A DNA stretch of 38,147 bases. It comes from a bacterium (GTDB lineage: Bacteria > RBG-13-61-14 > DATKZS01). Shown in pieces: positions 1-9,339 of this stretch; the stretch's first letter is position 1; each line of letters opens with the position of its first letter. Both the position numbers and the translations under genes were made by a program. The DNA is taken from assembly GCA_046484135.1 (NCBI GenBank), contig JAWOBU010000005.1, forward strand, positions 1-38,147. The letters run 5' to 3'. Below the pieces are notes generated by a model. That model was not told the DNA's origin, did not search any database, and was given only the letters and a program-made list of their open reading frames with translations.

Positions 1-96
1 GAGCGCCAGGCTGGTGGCTATACAGCGGGGAGGGCCGGACACGTTCCGGCCTTTTCCCTTTCCCCGCTGGAAGCCCGAAGGCGATAAACGCATCTT
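1..96 (-). mobile_element. Partial copy (window-truncated) of the MITE-like element at 22072-22275
   Basis: Reverse complement AAGATGCGTTTATCGCCTTCGGGCTTCCAGCGGGG...GCTGTATAGCCACCAGCCTGGCGCTC aligns along its length with 22068-22167. Confidence 0.8.
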
Positions 97-212
97 CGCG
101 GCCTCCGCTAACCATATGATGAACAAAGGTTTTTCTTGCATCAAAGAGCCTATTTGCATCGTAGGTACCATTAAACCGGAAGAGCCATAAATTTTTACAT
201 CACCGGTTGTAA

Positions 213-992
213 TCAGCTCTCATGGTGGGGCACGGAATGCGCGGTAAGGGAGTGGGGCACTTCCAGGCCGTGCTCATGCATACAGTCGCGGTCGGACATG
301 ATCTTCGGCGGAAGGCCGCGGGCGACGGTTTTTCCCGCGTCCATGACCACCACCTGGTCGCAGGACTCCAGCACGAACTCGAGGTCGTGGGAGGCTATGA
401 TCATGGTGGTGGGCAGGTCCGCGAGCAGGTTTGCAAGCTCCCTTCTTCCGCGCGGATCAAGGTCCGAGGTGGGCTCGTCGAGGAGAAGCAGGGAAGGCTC
501 CATGGCCAGGACGCCGGCGATGGCCACCCGCCGCTTCTGCCCGCGGGAAAGCCGGTGGGGAGGACGATCAAAAAGCTCTTGCGACACACCCACCCGGGAG
601 AGACTCTCGCGGGCCCGGGTCTCGGACTCCTTTTGCGAAAATCCCAGGTTAAGCGGACCGAAAGCTACGTCTTCCAACACCGTAGGGTTGAAAAGCTGGT
701 CGTCCGGGTCCTGGAAAACCAGGCCGGCGCGTCTGCGAAGCTCGGTAAGATCATGATCGGGAAGGACCTTGGTCCCGCCCACTTCGATTGCGCCGCTGAA
801 CCCCGGCAAGAGTCCTAAAAGGCACAACAAGAGCGTGGATTTGCCGGCCCCGTTCGGACCTATGAGCCCGGTGCGGGAGCCTGCCGCCACCTGGAAGGAC
901 ACCTCGAAAAGCGCGTCTACCGCGCCCGGATACGTGTACGACACGTACCGGACCCCCACGGCCGCCGAAGATATCTCGAGCTGGTGCTTCAT
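213..992 (-). CDS. cbiO: ECF Ni/Co transporter ATPase (CbiO/NikO)
   Basis: Walker A GPNGAGKS, Q-loop FQDPDDQ, signature LSRGQKRR, LLLDEPT, SHD; His-rich C-terminus. Confidence 0.92.
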   Translation of the reverse strand: MKHQLEISSAAVGVRYVSYTYPGAVDALFEVSFQVAAGSRTGLIGPNGAGKSTLLLCLLGLLPGFSGAIEVGGTKVLPDHDLTELRRRAGLVFQDPDDQLFNPTVLEDVAFGPLNLGFSQKESETRARESLSRVGVSQELFDRPPHRLSRGQKRRVAIAGVLAMEPSLLLLDEPTSDLDPRGRRELANLLADLPTTMIIASHDLEFVLESCDQVVVMDAGKTVARGLPPKIMSDRDCMHEHGLEVPHSLTAHSVPHHES

Positions 993-999
993 AAGAAAA

Positions 1000-1758
1000 C
1001 TAAATAATCCAATAAATTAGCACAACTATTCCCGAAAGAACCGAAGCAGAACCCGCAAGAAACAGCACGTCTTTGGCTTTAGCGCGCTCTCCGCGCAACG
1101 AGTAGAACCTGCCTTGGTAGCCCCGGGCGGAAAGCGCGCGGTTCACGCGCTCCGAGCGGTAATAGCTCCGGACCAGGCCGGCGCCCGCGAGCGCGGCAAG
1201 CCCCGAGTATCCGCGTGTGCCTGCCTTGGGCTGAAACCCCCGCGCGATCGCCGCGGTATAAGTCCGCTTTCCCTCCTCGGACAACAGCGGCAGGTACCGG
1301 AGGGTAAAGGTCAACAGCGCCAAAAGGCGGGGCGGCACTCCCAGCTTGTGCGCTGCCCACACCCAGCGGTTCCATGGGGTCTGCCCCTGGTGCCCCAGCA
1401 CCGCCACCAGGATGGTGGTGGCCTTGGCCTGCAAGAGTGCGGCAGCCTGAAGCCCGGAGGCGTGGAGCTCGATCGGTCCGGCTGCTAACGTGTCATTGTC
1501 AGGTCCCATAAGCGGCAGCACGATCCAGGCGGGCAGCACCGCGATTGTGAGGTATCCTGCCCTGCTCAGCACCCATTTAAAGCCGGCGCCGGAAGCCGCT
1601 GCCAGGATAAGAGCCAGGACCATTGCCGCGGACAGCGCGTAAGGATGGTTGATCCATGCTGCAACCCCCACCCATACTACAACGCTCACCAGCCGGGCTC
1701 GAGGGTCTATCCGGTCTATTGCTGCGGAGCCGCTTCCCGGCTCTTTTGTCTCAATCAT
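1000..1758 (-). CDS. cbiQ: ECF transmembrane T component (CbiQ/NikQ)
   Basis: IDPRARL N-terminus, TM helices, two ARG motifs (IARGF, SARGY), RY..L motif. Confidence 0.88.
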   Translation of the reverse strand: MIETKEPGSGSAAIDRIDPRARLVSVVVWVGVAAWINHPYALSAAMVLALILAAASGAGFKWVLSRAGYLTIAVLPAWIVLPLMGPDNDTLAAGPIELHASGLQAAALLQAKATTILVAVLGHQGQTPWNRWVWAAHKLGVPPRLLALLTFTLRYLPLLSEEGKRTYTAAIARGFQPKAGTRGYSGLAALAGAGLVRSYYRSERVNRALSARGYQGRFYSLRGERAKAKDVLFLAGSASVLSGIVVLIYWII

Positions 1759-3103
1759 GCTTATCCAGCCGTTTTTTCAGGCTTTCTACTTCACGACGAA
1801 GGTTCCGGATCATGATAAAACAAGATAGAAGCCCGATCACGAGTACGCCGGTCAATGCCTTGACCCAGGTGTCGGTCGAGTAGGAGCGGTGCCTTGCCAC
1901 GGGCTTCTGCTCCGACTGCTTCGGGTCCTTTGGCTTTTTAATTGATTTATCTTTTTTATTCCCGGCCAGGGATTTTTCCAGCTTGGCGAGCTCGGAAGGA
2001 TGGAGGGTAAAGGCCTTGCCGTGTCCGTGGCCTATGTCCACCACGAACTTGAAGGACCGGGCTGTGTCGGGCTCGAACGACCACTTGCCGTTCTCGATAT
2101 TTCCCTCGAAAGCCACGCTCCCGTCCGGGTTCAGCACCGTAACCTTGCCGGAAGAGGGGATGTCTCCGCCGTCCGTCCAGACCTCGACCGTTACTGTGCC
2201 GTCTGTAACGGAAGCGTCCGCTCCTACTGCGTGGGCTTTGGAAGCAGCGGGCCAGCAGAGCGTCAACGCCAGGACCAGGAGTACAGCGCCCGCGGCAGGC
2301 TTTTTCACCCGCAACAGCTCCGGCGTAACCGTATCCAGATAACGAACTAAAAGCGCCACTACAATGCCCTCCACCAATATGACCGGGACGTGAAATACAA
2401 AAGCGACCCGGGCGAGCTCCACGAATCCCTGCCTCGCGGCGTGCGCGGCAAGAGGAGCAAAAGACAGCACCAGGTAGAAAAGGAGGGCGCTCCCGAGCAC
2501 TGCCAGCGCGCCCGAGGCAAACCCCCACCGATGCACGAGCTCCGGCTTTTTGCCGAACCGGAAAACCACGAACACCAGCGCGGCCGCGGCCCCCCCGATC
2601 AGAAAAGCCCACAACCAGGAAAGCCGCCACTCCATAAGACCTGCCTCCAAAAGAGCGTCCGCACAGAGCTTGGAACCCAGCACCATGACCCCCAGAACGG
2701 TCGAGAAGAAAACCAGCCAGCCGGACGAACCCTTTTTGATGCCCTGGTGAAATACCACTCCAGCCACATAAGCGGGAACAGCCATGATTACCGTGTTAAC
2801 TCCCAAAGAGCTTAAGCCGCCGTGCCCCAGAAGAAGCGCCTGCAAGAGAAGGGCCAGGAAGATGGAGGGGAAACAGAGCGTGCCCAGGGCGATCCCGTTC
2901 AAGGAAGCCAGAAGAAGATGCACGCTGGTGCCGGGCAGGGGAAAGCGTATCAGGCTCGCCAGGAAAAAAGCGGCCGTGAGCATTCCGGCCCGGGCCGAAT
3001 CAGCCTGACCGGCCCGCCGGAGACCAACGGCCACCAGACCGGCCGCGGCCACGTAACCGGCCGCGCAGGTGGGCGCGGAAAGGATGCCGTCCGATATGTG
3101 CAA
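1751..3103 (-). CDS. cbiM: CbiM/NikM S component fused to a NikL-like extracytoplasmic domain
   Basis: TTG start after AGGGGG; metal-binding N-terminus MHISDG, SVHLL, HGG.S.LGVN, HVP..VEG; C-terminal AHAV...GHGH domain with terminal TM helix. Confidence 0.85.
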   Translation of the reverse strand: MHISDGILSAPTCAAGYVAAAGLVAVGLRRAGQADSARAGMLTAAFFLASLIRFPLPGTSVHLLLASLNGIALGTLCFPSIFLALLLQALLLGHGGLSSLGVNTVIMAVPAYVAGVVFHQGIKKGSSGWLVFFSTVLGVMVLGSKLCADALLEAGLMEWRLSWLWAFLIGGAAAALVFVVFRFGKKPELVHRWGFASGALAVLGSALLFYLVLSFAPLAAHAARQGFVELARVAFVFHVPVILVEGIVVALLVRYLDTVTPELLRVKKPAAGAVLLVLALTLCWPAASKAHAVGADASVTDGTVTVEVWTDGGDIPSSGKVTVLNPDGSVAFEGNIENGKWSFEPDTARSFKFVVDIGHGHGKAFTLHPSELAKLEKSLAGNKKDKSIKKPKDPKQSEQKPVARHRSYSTDTWVKALTGVLVIGLLSCFIMIRNLRREVESLKKRLDKHD

Positions 3104-3122
3104 AGCCGGTCCCCCTTATACG

Positions 3123-3923
3123 CTACTCCGGCTTCTCGCTCACGTAGACCCACAAGGTGGACCGCTCGATGAGCTCGCCGGTGTGACCGTCCTTTTCATA
3201 CTCCTTGCCCGACCCGCGAATGGCGGTGATACCGTACCAGCCGGATGAAGGAAAAGAAAAAACCACGGTGCCGTCCGCCCCGGTACGGGCAGGATAGGCT
3301 ATAAAAGCCTCGGAGGGAAGACCGGCCGGATCGGGCGCTTTCGCTGAGAGCAGCTCCCGCTCGACCCGCAGGGCCGCCGCAGGCTTGTCTTTATATAAGA
3401 CCCTGAAGCGGAGCGCGTCGCCGGGCAGGACACCGTATGGCCGGGACAGGGGCACGACCTCGAGGGGATGGCCGACCCGGCGGGACCAGCCCTTCTCCAC
3501 CTGGACGTGAAGCAACGTCTTGACGTAGTCCTGGAGCCACTCCGACGACTCCGCGTCCCATTGCCGGCCAGCTACCAGGGCCAGGATATGGTCGCCCCGC
3601 GAGGACGGAGGGTAATTCAGTTTAAAGGAAGCCCGCTCTTTCCCGCTTACTGCCCGCACCCGGTCCTTTTGAAGCTCGTCCATAAGATCGAGCCTTTCGC
3701 CCTCAGGCGGCAGCGCCCAAAGAGAGCGCGGCGTTTCCGCGTCGAACCAGATATGCTCGTAACCGTGGCCCCACAAAAGCCGGAGGTGGACCATTTCAGT
3801 TTTTCGCGCCTGCCACTTGTTATACTCGGCCGGAACCAGGACGTGATAGTGGGCGAGCGCGGGACCGGCGGTTATAAAAGCCATAAGGCTAAGGGCTATA
3901 AACGTTTTTTTACTTTTCCTCAT
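3123..3923 (-). CDS. DUF4198 / NikK-like periplasmic protein
   Basis: Signal peptide ending ALA-HYH, WGH.YE, GHPLEVVPLSRPY, G.YG..A; first gene of the nik/cbi operon. Confidence 0.8.
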   Translation of the reverse strand: MRKSKKTFIALSLMAFITAGPALAHYHVLVPAEYNKWQARKTEMVHLRLLWGHGYEHIWFDAETPRSLWALPPEGERLDLMDELQKDRVRAVSGKERASFKLNYPPSSRGDHILALVAGRQWDAESSEWLQDYVKTLLHVQVEKGWSRRVGHPLEVVPLSRPYGVLPGDALRFRVLYKDKPAAALRVERELLSAKAPDPAGLPSEAFIAYPARTGADGTVVFSFPSSGWYGITAIRGSGKEYEKDGHTGELIERSTLWVYVSEKPE

Positions 3924-3948
3924 TTTACTCTCCGTTTTGGGCCGCCTG

Positions 3949-3982
3949 GTAGCATGATAACAGATTTAGTAGCACCCGGCAA
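3949..3982 (-). promoter_or_regulatory. sigma70 promoter overlapped by a candidate NikR site
   Basis: Minus strand TTGCCG(3982-3977)-17 bp-TATCAT(3959-3954); GTGCTAC-N13-ATGCTAC at 3975-3949. Confidence 0.65.
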
Positions 3983-4028
3983 CCGGATGTTTGCAGCAGG
4001 AGCTTTCCCCGTGCCTTCTCCAGTGCTT

Positions 4029-4285
4029 GTGCGGAGGAGTTCGCTCGCGAGTTTTCTTTGCTCGCCCGTGAGGAGGCAAAACGCACCAGCGCGACGACGC
4101 TACGGGGAAGAGGGTTTCACGCAGAGGCGCGGAGGAAAGAGAAGGAGATATCTTTTTAACGGAACAAAGGTTATCGCGACTGAAGTCGCTCGCACGGAGG
4201 GAAACTTGTTCGAGTATCTCTTGAAAGGAAGCTATCTTGATTTTAACAACAAGCACCGTTGCGTCGTAGCGGCGTTGCGTTTAAA
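4029..4285. repeat. REP mosaic of interleaved inverted pairs
   Basis: TCGCGACTGAAGTCGCTCGCAC at 4174-4195 with a degenerate inverted partner at 4029-4050; 8-nt-periodic AAACGCACCAGCGCGACGACGCTACGG at 4078-4105 inverted to 4255-4285. Confidence 0.7.
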
Positions 4286-4325
4286 GCCCTCCCGAGCCTA
4301 TGTTTTTATTCAGAGATGGCTCCGG

Positions 4326-5504
4326 TCAGCGCCGTTGCGGGGAGTCGGGTTTTGGAGAATATCCCAGGTCCCTGGCTTTTTGCATCTCTTTCCGGGCGTT
4401 GTCGTTCCGGCCGGTTTTCCGGTATGCTCGAGCCAGGTGAAAATGGACGAGCGCGGAGTCGGGGTAGAGGCGGGCGGCTTTCTTGAGTATTTTTATGGCG
4501 TTCTGGTGGTCTTCGGTCATTATGTAAGTGGCTCCCAGGTTGATGAGGGCCTGCCGGTTTTCCGGTTTGGAAAGCAGGACCCTTTTATACTCCTGGATGG
4601 CGTCCTGGTATCTTCCGTTCAGGACGTACAGGTTTCCGAGGTAGAGGTGTGCGGGCAGGTGCTGTGGGTTGATGGCGGTTTCCATGAGGAATGCCGCTTC
4701 CGCCCTTTGTGTTTTTCCCGACTTGAGGAAGGCGATTCCCAGGTTGGTGTATAAGTACATTTCCCGCAGGTCAGCCTTGAATGATATGGCTTTCTGAAGA
4801 AGTGATATGGCCTCGCCGTACTTACCGCGGCTTATGAGCACGATGGCCAGGTTGTTGTACGCCACAAAGAAGTCCGGCTCATACGCGATGGCCATGCGAA
4901 ACTCGTCTTCCGCGTCCTGAAGTTCCCCCTTGGCCTGGTAGACCAGGCCCAGTTGGTTATGGGCGGAGGAGTTGGAGGGGTCAATACTGATGGCTTTTTG
5001 AAAATCGCGTTCAGGGGGCGTCTTGAAGTTTCCTCCGGACATCTGCTTGCACAATCCCCGGGCCACGTATACGGGGGACGACTCCGGATGCCTGTGCGCG
5101 CACTCGGTATACGCTGACAGGGCCTCTCTGGTTTTTCCCATCATGCAGAGGGCCTGTCCCTGCCCTATGCAGGCCGTGATGTCATCCGGCTTTCGGGACA
5201 TGAGCCCCTGGTAGTAATCGGCCGCCTTTTCGTAGTTGCCGGTCTCCATCAGGCGCTTTCCCACCGGGTCGGGATCAAGCTCCCGCGCCGCGGCCAGGTG
5301 CGGCTCCAGGGAAGCGAGCCGCGGTTTTTCATTGTCTTCTTTCCGGGCTTCCGGCTTTTTTGTCCCGGTTTTTTCAGTCTGGGTATCCCGGCAGGAAAAG
5401 GAAAGAGATACAAGGAAGATAAAAAGAAAAAGCGCCGCAAATGGAAGGCCTCCTTCAACAAGGCCCCTGGCATGTCGGAACTGGTCCGCCTTCAGGCTTT
5501 TCAT
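4326..5504 (-). CDS. TPR repeat protein, probable lipoprotein
   Basis: Multiple TPR repeats (AHNQLG, AYNNLA, YTNLG, AHLYLG, ALINLG); hydrophobic segment ending LSFSC; start uncertain. Confidence 0.85.
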   Translation of the reverse strand: MKSLKADQFRHARGLVEGGLPFAALFLFIFLVSLSFSCRDTQTEKTGTKKPEARKEDNEKPRLASLEPHLAAARELDPDPVGKRLMETGNYEKAADYYQGLMSRKPDDITACIGQGQALCMMGKTREALSAYTECAHRHPESSPVYVARGLCKQMSGGNFKTPPERDFQKAISIDPSNSSAHNQLGLVYQAKGELQDAEDEFRMAIAYEPDFFVAYNNLAIVLISRGKYGEAISLLQKAISFKADLREMYLYTNLGIAFLKSGKTQRAEAAFLMETAINPQHLPAHLYLGNLYVLNGRYQDAIQEYKRVLLSKPENRQALINLGATYIMTEDHQNAIKILKKAARLYPDSALVHFHLARAYRKTGRNDNARKEMQKARDLGYSPKPDSPQRR

Positions 5505-6962
5505 TCATTCCCCGGTCAGTTTGTTGTAAAGCCACAGGTACTCCTTGGCGGAAGCGCTCCAGGAGTAGTCTTCCCGCATTCCGCTTCGCATTATCTCTTG
5601 CCATTCCTCCCGGCGGGAGTAAAAAGCCAGTGCCCTTTGCAGGCATTCCAGGAAGTCCCGCTCGTTGTAGTTTCCGAACTTGAAGCCGTTGCCTTCCCCG
5701 GTCTCCGGGTCCCATTCCCTTATGGTGTCGTCCAGGCCGCCGGTGGCCCGGACCGCGGGCACGGTGCCGTACCGGAGGCTTATAAGCTGGTTCAGCCCGC
5801 ACGGCTCGTATAAGGAGGGCATAACAAAGATGTCGGCCCCCGCTTCGATCCGGTGGGCCAGCGCTTCGTCATAAGTAATGTTGATGCCGGTCTTGTCCGG
5901 ATACCGGAAAGAGATGTCCTTGAAGATTTTTTGGTACTTTATGTCGCCGGTGCCGAGAAGCACGAACTGGATGTCGCCTTCCAGGAACTCGTCTATGACG
6001 GCCGTTAAAAGATCAAACCCCTTCTGGTCCGCCAGCCGGGAGATGCAGGCCAAAAGCGGCGTTCTTGCCGACTCGGCAAGTCTCATCTCTTCCTGCAGTT
6101 CTTTTTTGCATCGGGCCTTGCCGGAGAGGTCGTCCGCGGAGTAGTTGGCCGGGATATGGTTGTCGTTTTCCGGGGACCAGATGTTGTAGTCAATTCCGTT
6201 CACAATTCCGTACAGGTCCCGGTCTCTGTCGCGGAGCACTCCGTCCAGTCCCAGTCCGTGCTCCACGGTTTGTATCTCGCGGGCGTAGCCCCTGCTGACG
6301 GTGGTTATGATGTCGGAGAAGACTATTCCTCCTTTAAGGAGGTTCAGTTTTCCGTAGTACTCGAGATACTCCGAGGTGAAGTAGTCCCATGGCACTCCGA
6401 TCAGCTTCATGTCCCACATCCAGAACAGTCCCTGGTATGCCAGGTTGTGGATGGTAAATACCGCGGGGACGCCGGAAAGAAGGGGGTCTTCCCGGTAAAC
6501 GGTGTTCAGGTAGATGGGAACGAGCGCGGACTGCCAGTCGTGGCTGTGAATGAGGTCCGGCCGCCAGTCCTTTGCTTTTAAAAAGTCCATGACCGCCCGG
6601 CAGAAAAAGGTAAACCGGGCGCAGTTGTCCGTGTAGTCCCTTTCGGGCAGGGCGTACAGGGCGTCCCGGTCATAGTACTCGTCCATCTTGACCAGGTACA
6701 CGTCCGCCTTTTTATCCTGGGTGGTCTTGAGAATCCGGCCGCGCTTGTCTATCCAGTGGTCGCCGTGAAGGATGGGGACCACCACCTCGACGCCGGTGTC
6801 TTCCGGCTGGTACTTCTGTTCAACGCCCCGGTAACAAGGAAGGATGACGGAAACCCGCTGGCCCAGCTCGGCAAGCTCGAGCGGAAGCGCACCAGCAACG
6901 TCGGCAAGACCGCCCGTCTTGGCAAAAGGAACCATCTCCGGTGTAACCATCAGGATATCCAT
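5505..6962 (-). CDS. glgA: Glycogen synthase
   Basis: KTGGLADV, HSHDWQ, FTIHNLAYQG, GIVNGID, SRLADQKG, PSLYEPCGLNQ. Confidence 0.96.
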   Translation of the reverse strand: MDILMVTPEMVPFAKTGGLADVAGALPLELAELGQRVSVILPCYRGVEQKYQPEDTGVEVVVPILHGDHWIDKRGRILKTTQDKKADVYLVKMDEYYDRDALYALPERDYTDNCARFTFFCRAVMDFLKAKDWRPDLIHSHDWQSALVPIYLNTVYREDPLLSGVPAVFTIHNLAYQGLFWMWDMKLIGVPWDYFTSEYLEYYGKLNLLKGGIVFSDIITTVSRGYAREIQTVEHGLGLDGVLRDRDRDLYGIVNGIDYNIWSPENDNHIPANYSADDLSGKARCKKELQEEMRLAESARTPLLACISRLADQKGFDLLTAVIDEFLEGDIQFVLLGTGDIKYQKIFKDISFRYPDKTGINITYDEALAHRIEAGADIFVMPSLYEPCGLNQLISLRYGTVPAVRATGGLDDTIREWDPETGEGNGFKFGNYNERDFLECLQRALAFYSRREEWQEIMRSGMREDYSWSASAKEYLWLYNKLTGE

Positions 6963-7044
6963 CCGTCTTACCCCGTCATCCGGGCAAGCCGCCGGCCCGG
7001 CTTCCGCAAGCTTACAGCCTTAAGCATAAGTTTTGCCCTAATCA

Positions 7045-8427
7045 TTAAACCTTGACAATCCCGCCCCTGGACATGTCCGGGCCGGACGGCTCCTGTTCGT
7101 CCTCCATCCGCTCCTCCAGGCATTCCCGCAACAGCTCGGTGAAAAAGGAGGGGACCGGCTTTTCCGAGTCCTCCAGAACAAAAGCGGTGGCCGCGGCCAT
7201 CCGGGCGTCCTCGGGTTGCTCCAGCAAGTATAAAATATAGGCGCAAACAAGCATCCGGTCGCGCCAGAGCGGCCGTCCCTGCAAGGAAAGCAGCCAGGAA
7301 GCCTCCTCTTCAAACAGCTCTTGCTTTCTGGCCTCCTTCTGCGCGTCCGTGAGGTCAAGGGGGGACTCGTCAATGTTTTTGAGCTCGAGCATTATCTTGC
7401 CTTCGTCCTCGGGAAGGAAGGACCACCTGTCAAAGACCCGGCTTTCCAGAAGCTCGTGGCTCCGGGCTGCCAGGCCTGTTTCCCGGCGGAGCTCGTCAGA
7501 AGAAAATTCCTGAAGGAGCGGGTTCGGGACCTCATCCTGGTCGGCTATACCAAGCACTCTACGGTGTCGGAGGAAATCGCTGTCCTGGTGATGACCCCTT
7601 TTCTCTCCTTCGGACTCGTACTTTTTCACCAGGTAGCGGGCATAATCAGGATCGCACCTCGACAGCACCACCATGGGGTTCCGGCGGGTGGACTCGATAA
7701 TCTGCCTCCACTTGTGCTCGGGCACCTCAAATCTCTCGAAGTTCAGCACGCCTTGTTCGTCGTCTACGATGATTGAAAAAAGATTGTCCTTGTCAAAGAC
7801 GGTTCGATAAAAATATACGATAAAGGACCCGGAGGAGTCCGGAGGCGTAATATAGGCCTCGTCCTTCTTCTCGGAGAGTTCCGGGGCACCCTCTGCCACG
7901 GAAGCCACTCCCGCTGAACCGTCCAGAACGGCGCCCGCGCTCCTGGCCTGGTGGAGGGCTTTTTTTATCATCTTGGACTTTCTCTTGTCAGGCGCGGCAT
8001 CCGAAAGCGCGGAAAGAAGGTCCGCCCGCAGCCATCGCCCCAGGTGGCTTATTACAGCGGACTGTATGTTATCGGGCAGAGAAAAAAGCTCGGGCGTCTC
8101 TGCCACGTCGCTCTCCTCGCAAAGCGTGATCCATCTCTCCATCTCCGACAGGGTATGCTCGTCCGCTTTGTCCTGTTTGACGAGCGACCTGCCCAGTACC
8201 ACCAGCGCGGGAAGCGCGGTCCCGTCCGATTGATGGAGTCTTTCCATGAGGACGTTAATTTCCTCTGAATGCGCTTTCTCCGAGAGCTTGTCGGCAAGCT
8301 CCGCCTGGTCGTCCGGTTCGAGCTTTTGAAAGCCCTTTACAGCCTCTTTAAGCCAGCCTTCCCGGTCTTCCGCCGGCCCTTCCTCGATCATCCTCTCCAG
8401 CCGGGTCATATCTTTGTCGCCGGTCAT
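7045..8427 (-). CDS. Hypothetical acidic helical protein
   Basis: 460 aa ORF with AGGAGAG RBS and protein-like composition; no family recognised. Confidence 0.75.
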   Translation of the reverse strand: MTGDKDMTRLERMIEEGPAEDREGWLKEAVKGFQKLEPDDQAELADKLSEKAHSEEINVLMERLHQSDGTALPALVVLGRSLVKQDKADEHTLSEMERWITLCEESDVAETPELFSLPDNIQSAVISHLGRWLRADLLSALSDAAPDKRKSKMIKKALHQARSAGAVLDGSAGVASVAEGAPELSEKKDEAYITPPDSSGSFIVYFYRTVFDKDNLFSIIVDDEQGVLNFERFEVPEHKWRQIIESTRRNPMVVLSRCDPDYARYLVKKYESEGEKRGHHQDSDFLRHRRVLGIADQDEVPNPLLQEFSSDELRRETGLAARSHELLESRVFDRWSFLPEDEGKIMLELKNIDESPLDLTDAQKEARKQELFEEEASWLLSLQGRPLWRDRMLVCAYILYLLEQPEDARMAAATAFVLEDSEKPVPSFFTELLRECLEERMEDEQEPSGPDMSRGGIVKV

Positions 8428-8533
8428 AAGACTACTCTCTCTCCTCTTTCCATAAATTTATGTTCCTCCGGAACAGCGGGGAACTTTCATTCAGAATAAC
8501 ACATCTTTCGGCTTACGCGGATCATGCTTCAAG

Positions 8534-9304
8534 TCACTCCTCGAAATCGCCGTGCCTGCCGCGGCCGGCGACAAAACCGCCTACCGCGTCCGTCATCTCC
8601 GTGCTCTGCAAAGATGAGAGCCCCAGCCGGAACTCGTTTTGCAAGGCGTCTTCCACGCTCATGCCCATGCTTTGCAGGGCGGAGAGCCGGTCGTTTTGAA
8701 GGCAGGTCTGGGGAAAGCCGGCCAGCGAGCGGGCCAGCTTTACAGCCTCCTCTTTTACCTCGCCTTTTTCGGCCCGCCGGTTGGCCAGGCCGATATCGAG
8801 CGCTTCTTGGGCTTCCACAGCCCGGCCGGTCAGGATCATGTCCATGGCCCGCGACAGCCCGATCAGCCGGGGAAGACGGACGGTTCCTCCGTCAATAAGC
8901 GGCACCCCCCATCTGCGGCAAAACACCCCGAACACCGCGGTCTCGTCAACCACCCGGAGATCGCACCACAGCGCCAGTTCGAGACCGCCGGCAACAGCGT
9001 AGCCCGACACCGCCGCTATGACCGGCTTTTTAAGCTCCAGCCGGCTCGGGCCCATGGGGCCGTCGCCATCCGGCTCCGCCCGGTTTTGGCGTTCGGGATC
9101 GGAGAGCGCCTTCAAGTCCGCGCCCGCGCAGAAGTTGCCGCCCGCGCCGTGCAATACCGCTGCGGTCGAGTCCGGGTCGTTGTCAAAGCTCCGGAAGGCG
9201 TCGGCCAGGGCCTCGGCAGTGGGCCGGTCCACAGCGTTTCGGGCCTCCGGCCGGTTGATGGTTACGATGGTGATGCCTTGTTCTTTTTCCACGGAAACGC
9301 TCAT
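8534..9304 (-). CDS. Enoyl-CoA hydratase/isomerase (crotonase family)
   Basis: INRPEARNA, FCAGADL, AVAGGLELA, WGVPLIDGG. Confidence 0.93.
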   Translation of the reverse strand: MSVSVEKEQGITIVTINRPEARNAVDRPTAEALADAFRSFDNDPDSTAAVLHGAGGNFCAGADLKALSDPERQNRAEPDGDGPMGPSRLELKKPVIAAVSGYAVAGGLELALWCDLRVVDETAVFGVFCRRWGVPLIDGGTVRLPRLIGLSRAMDMILTGRAVEAQEALDIGLANRRAEKGEVKEEAVKLARSLAGFPQTCLQNDRLSALQSMGMSVEDALQNEFRLGLSSLQSTEMTDAVGGFVAGRGRHGDFEE

Positions 9305-9339
9305 GCCAAGCTCCTTTAATGGACAGGGGAAAAATGATC

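Noticed and set aside
3924..4325. Cobalamin riboswitch ahead of the cbiM-like operon
   Set aside because: No B12-box seen; the region is explained by REPs and a promoter
3468..4754. 428-aa plus-strand ORF
   Set aside because: Antisense shadow across two real genes and a repeat region; no motifs
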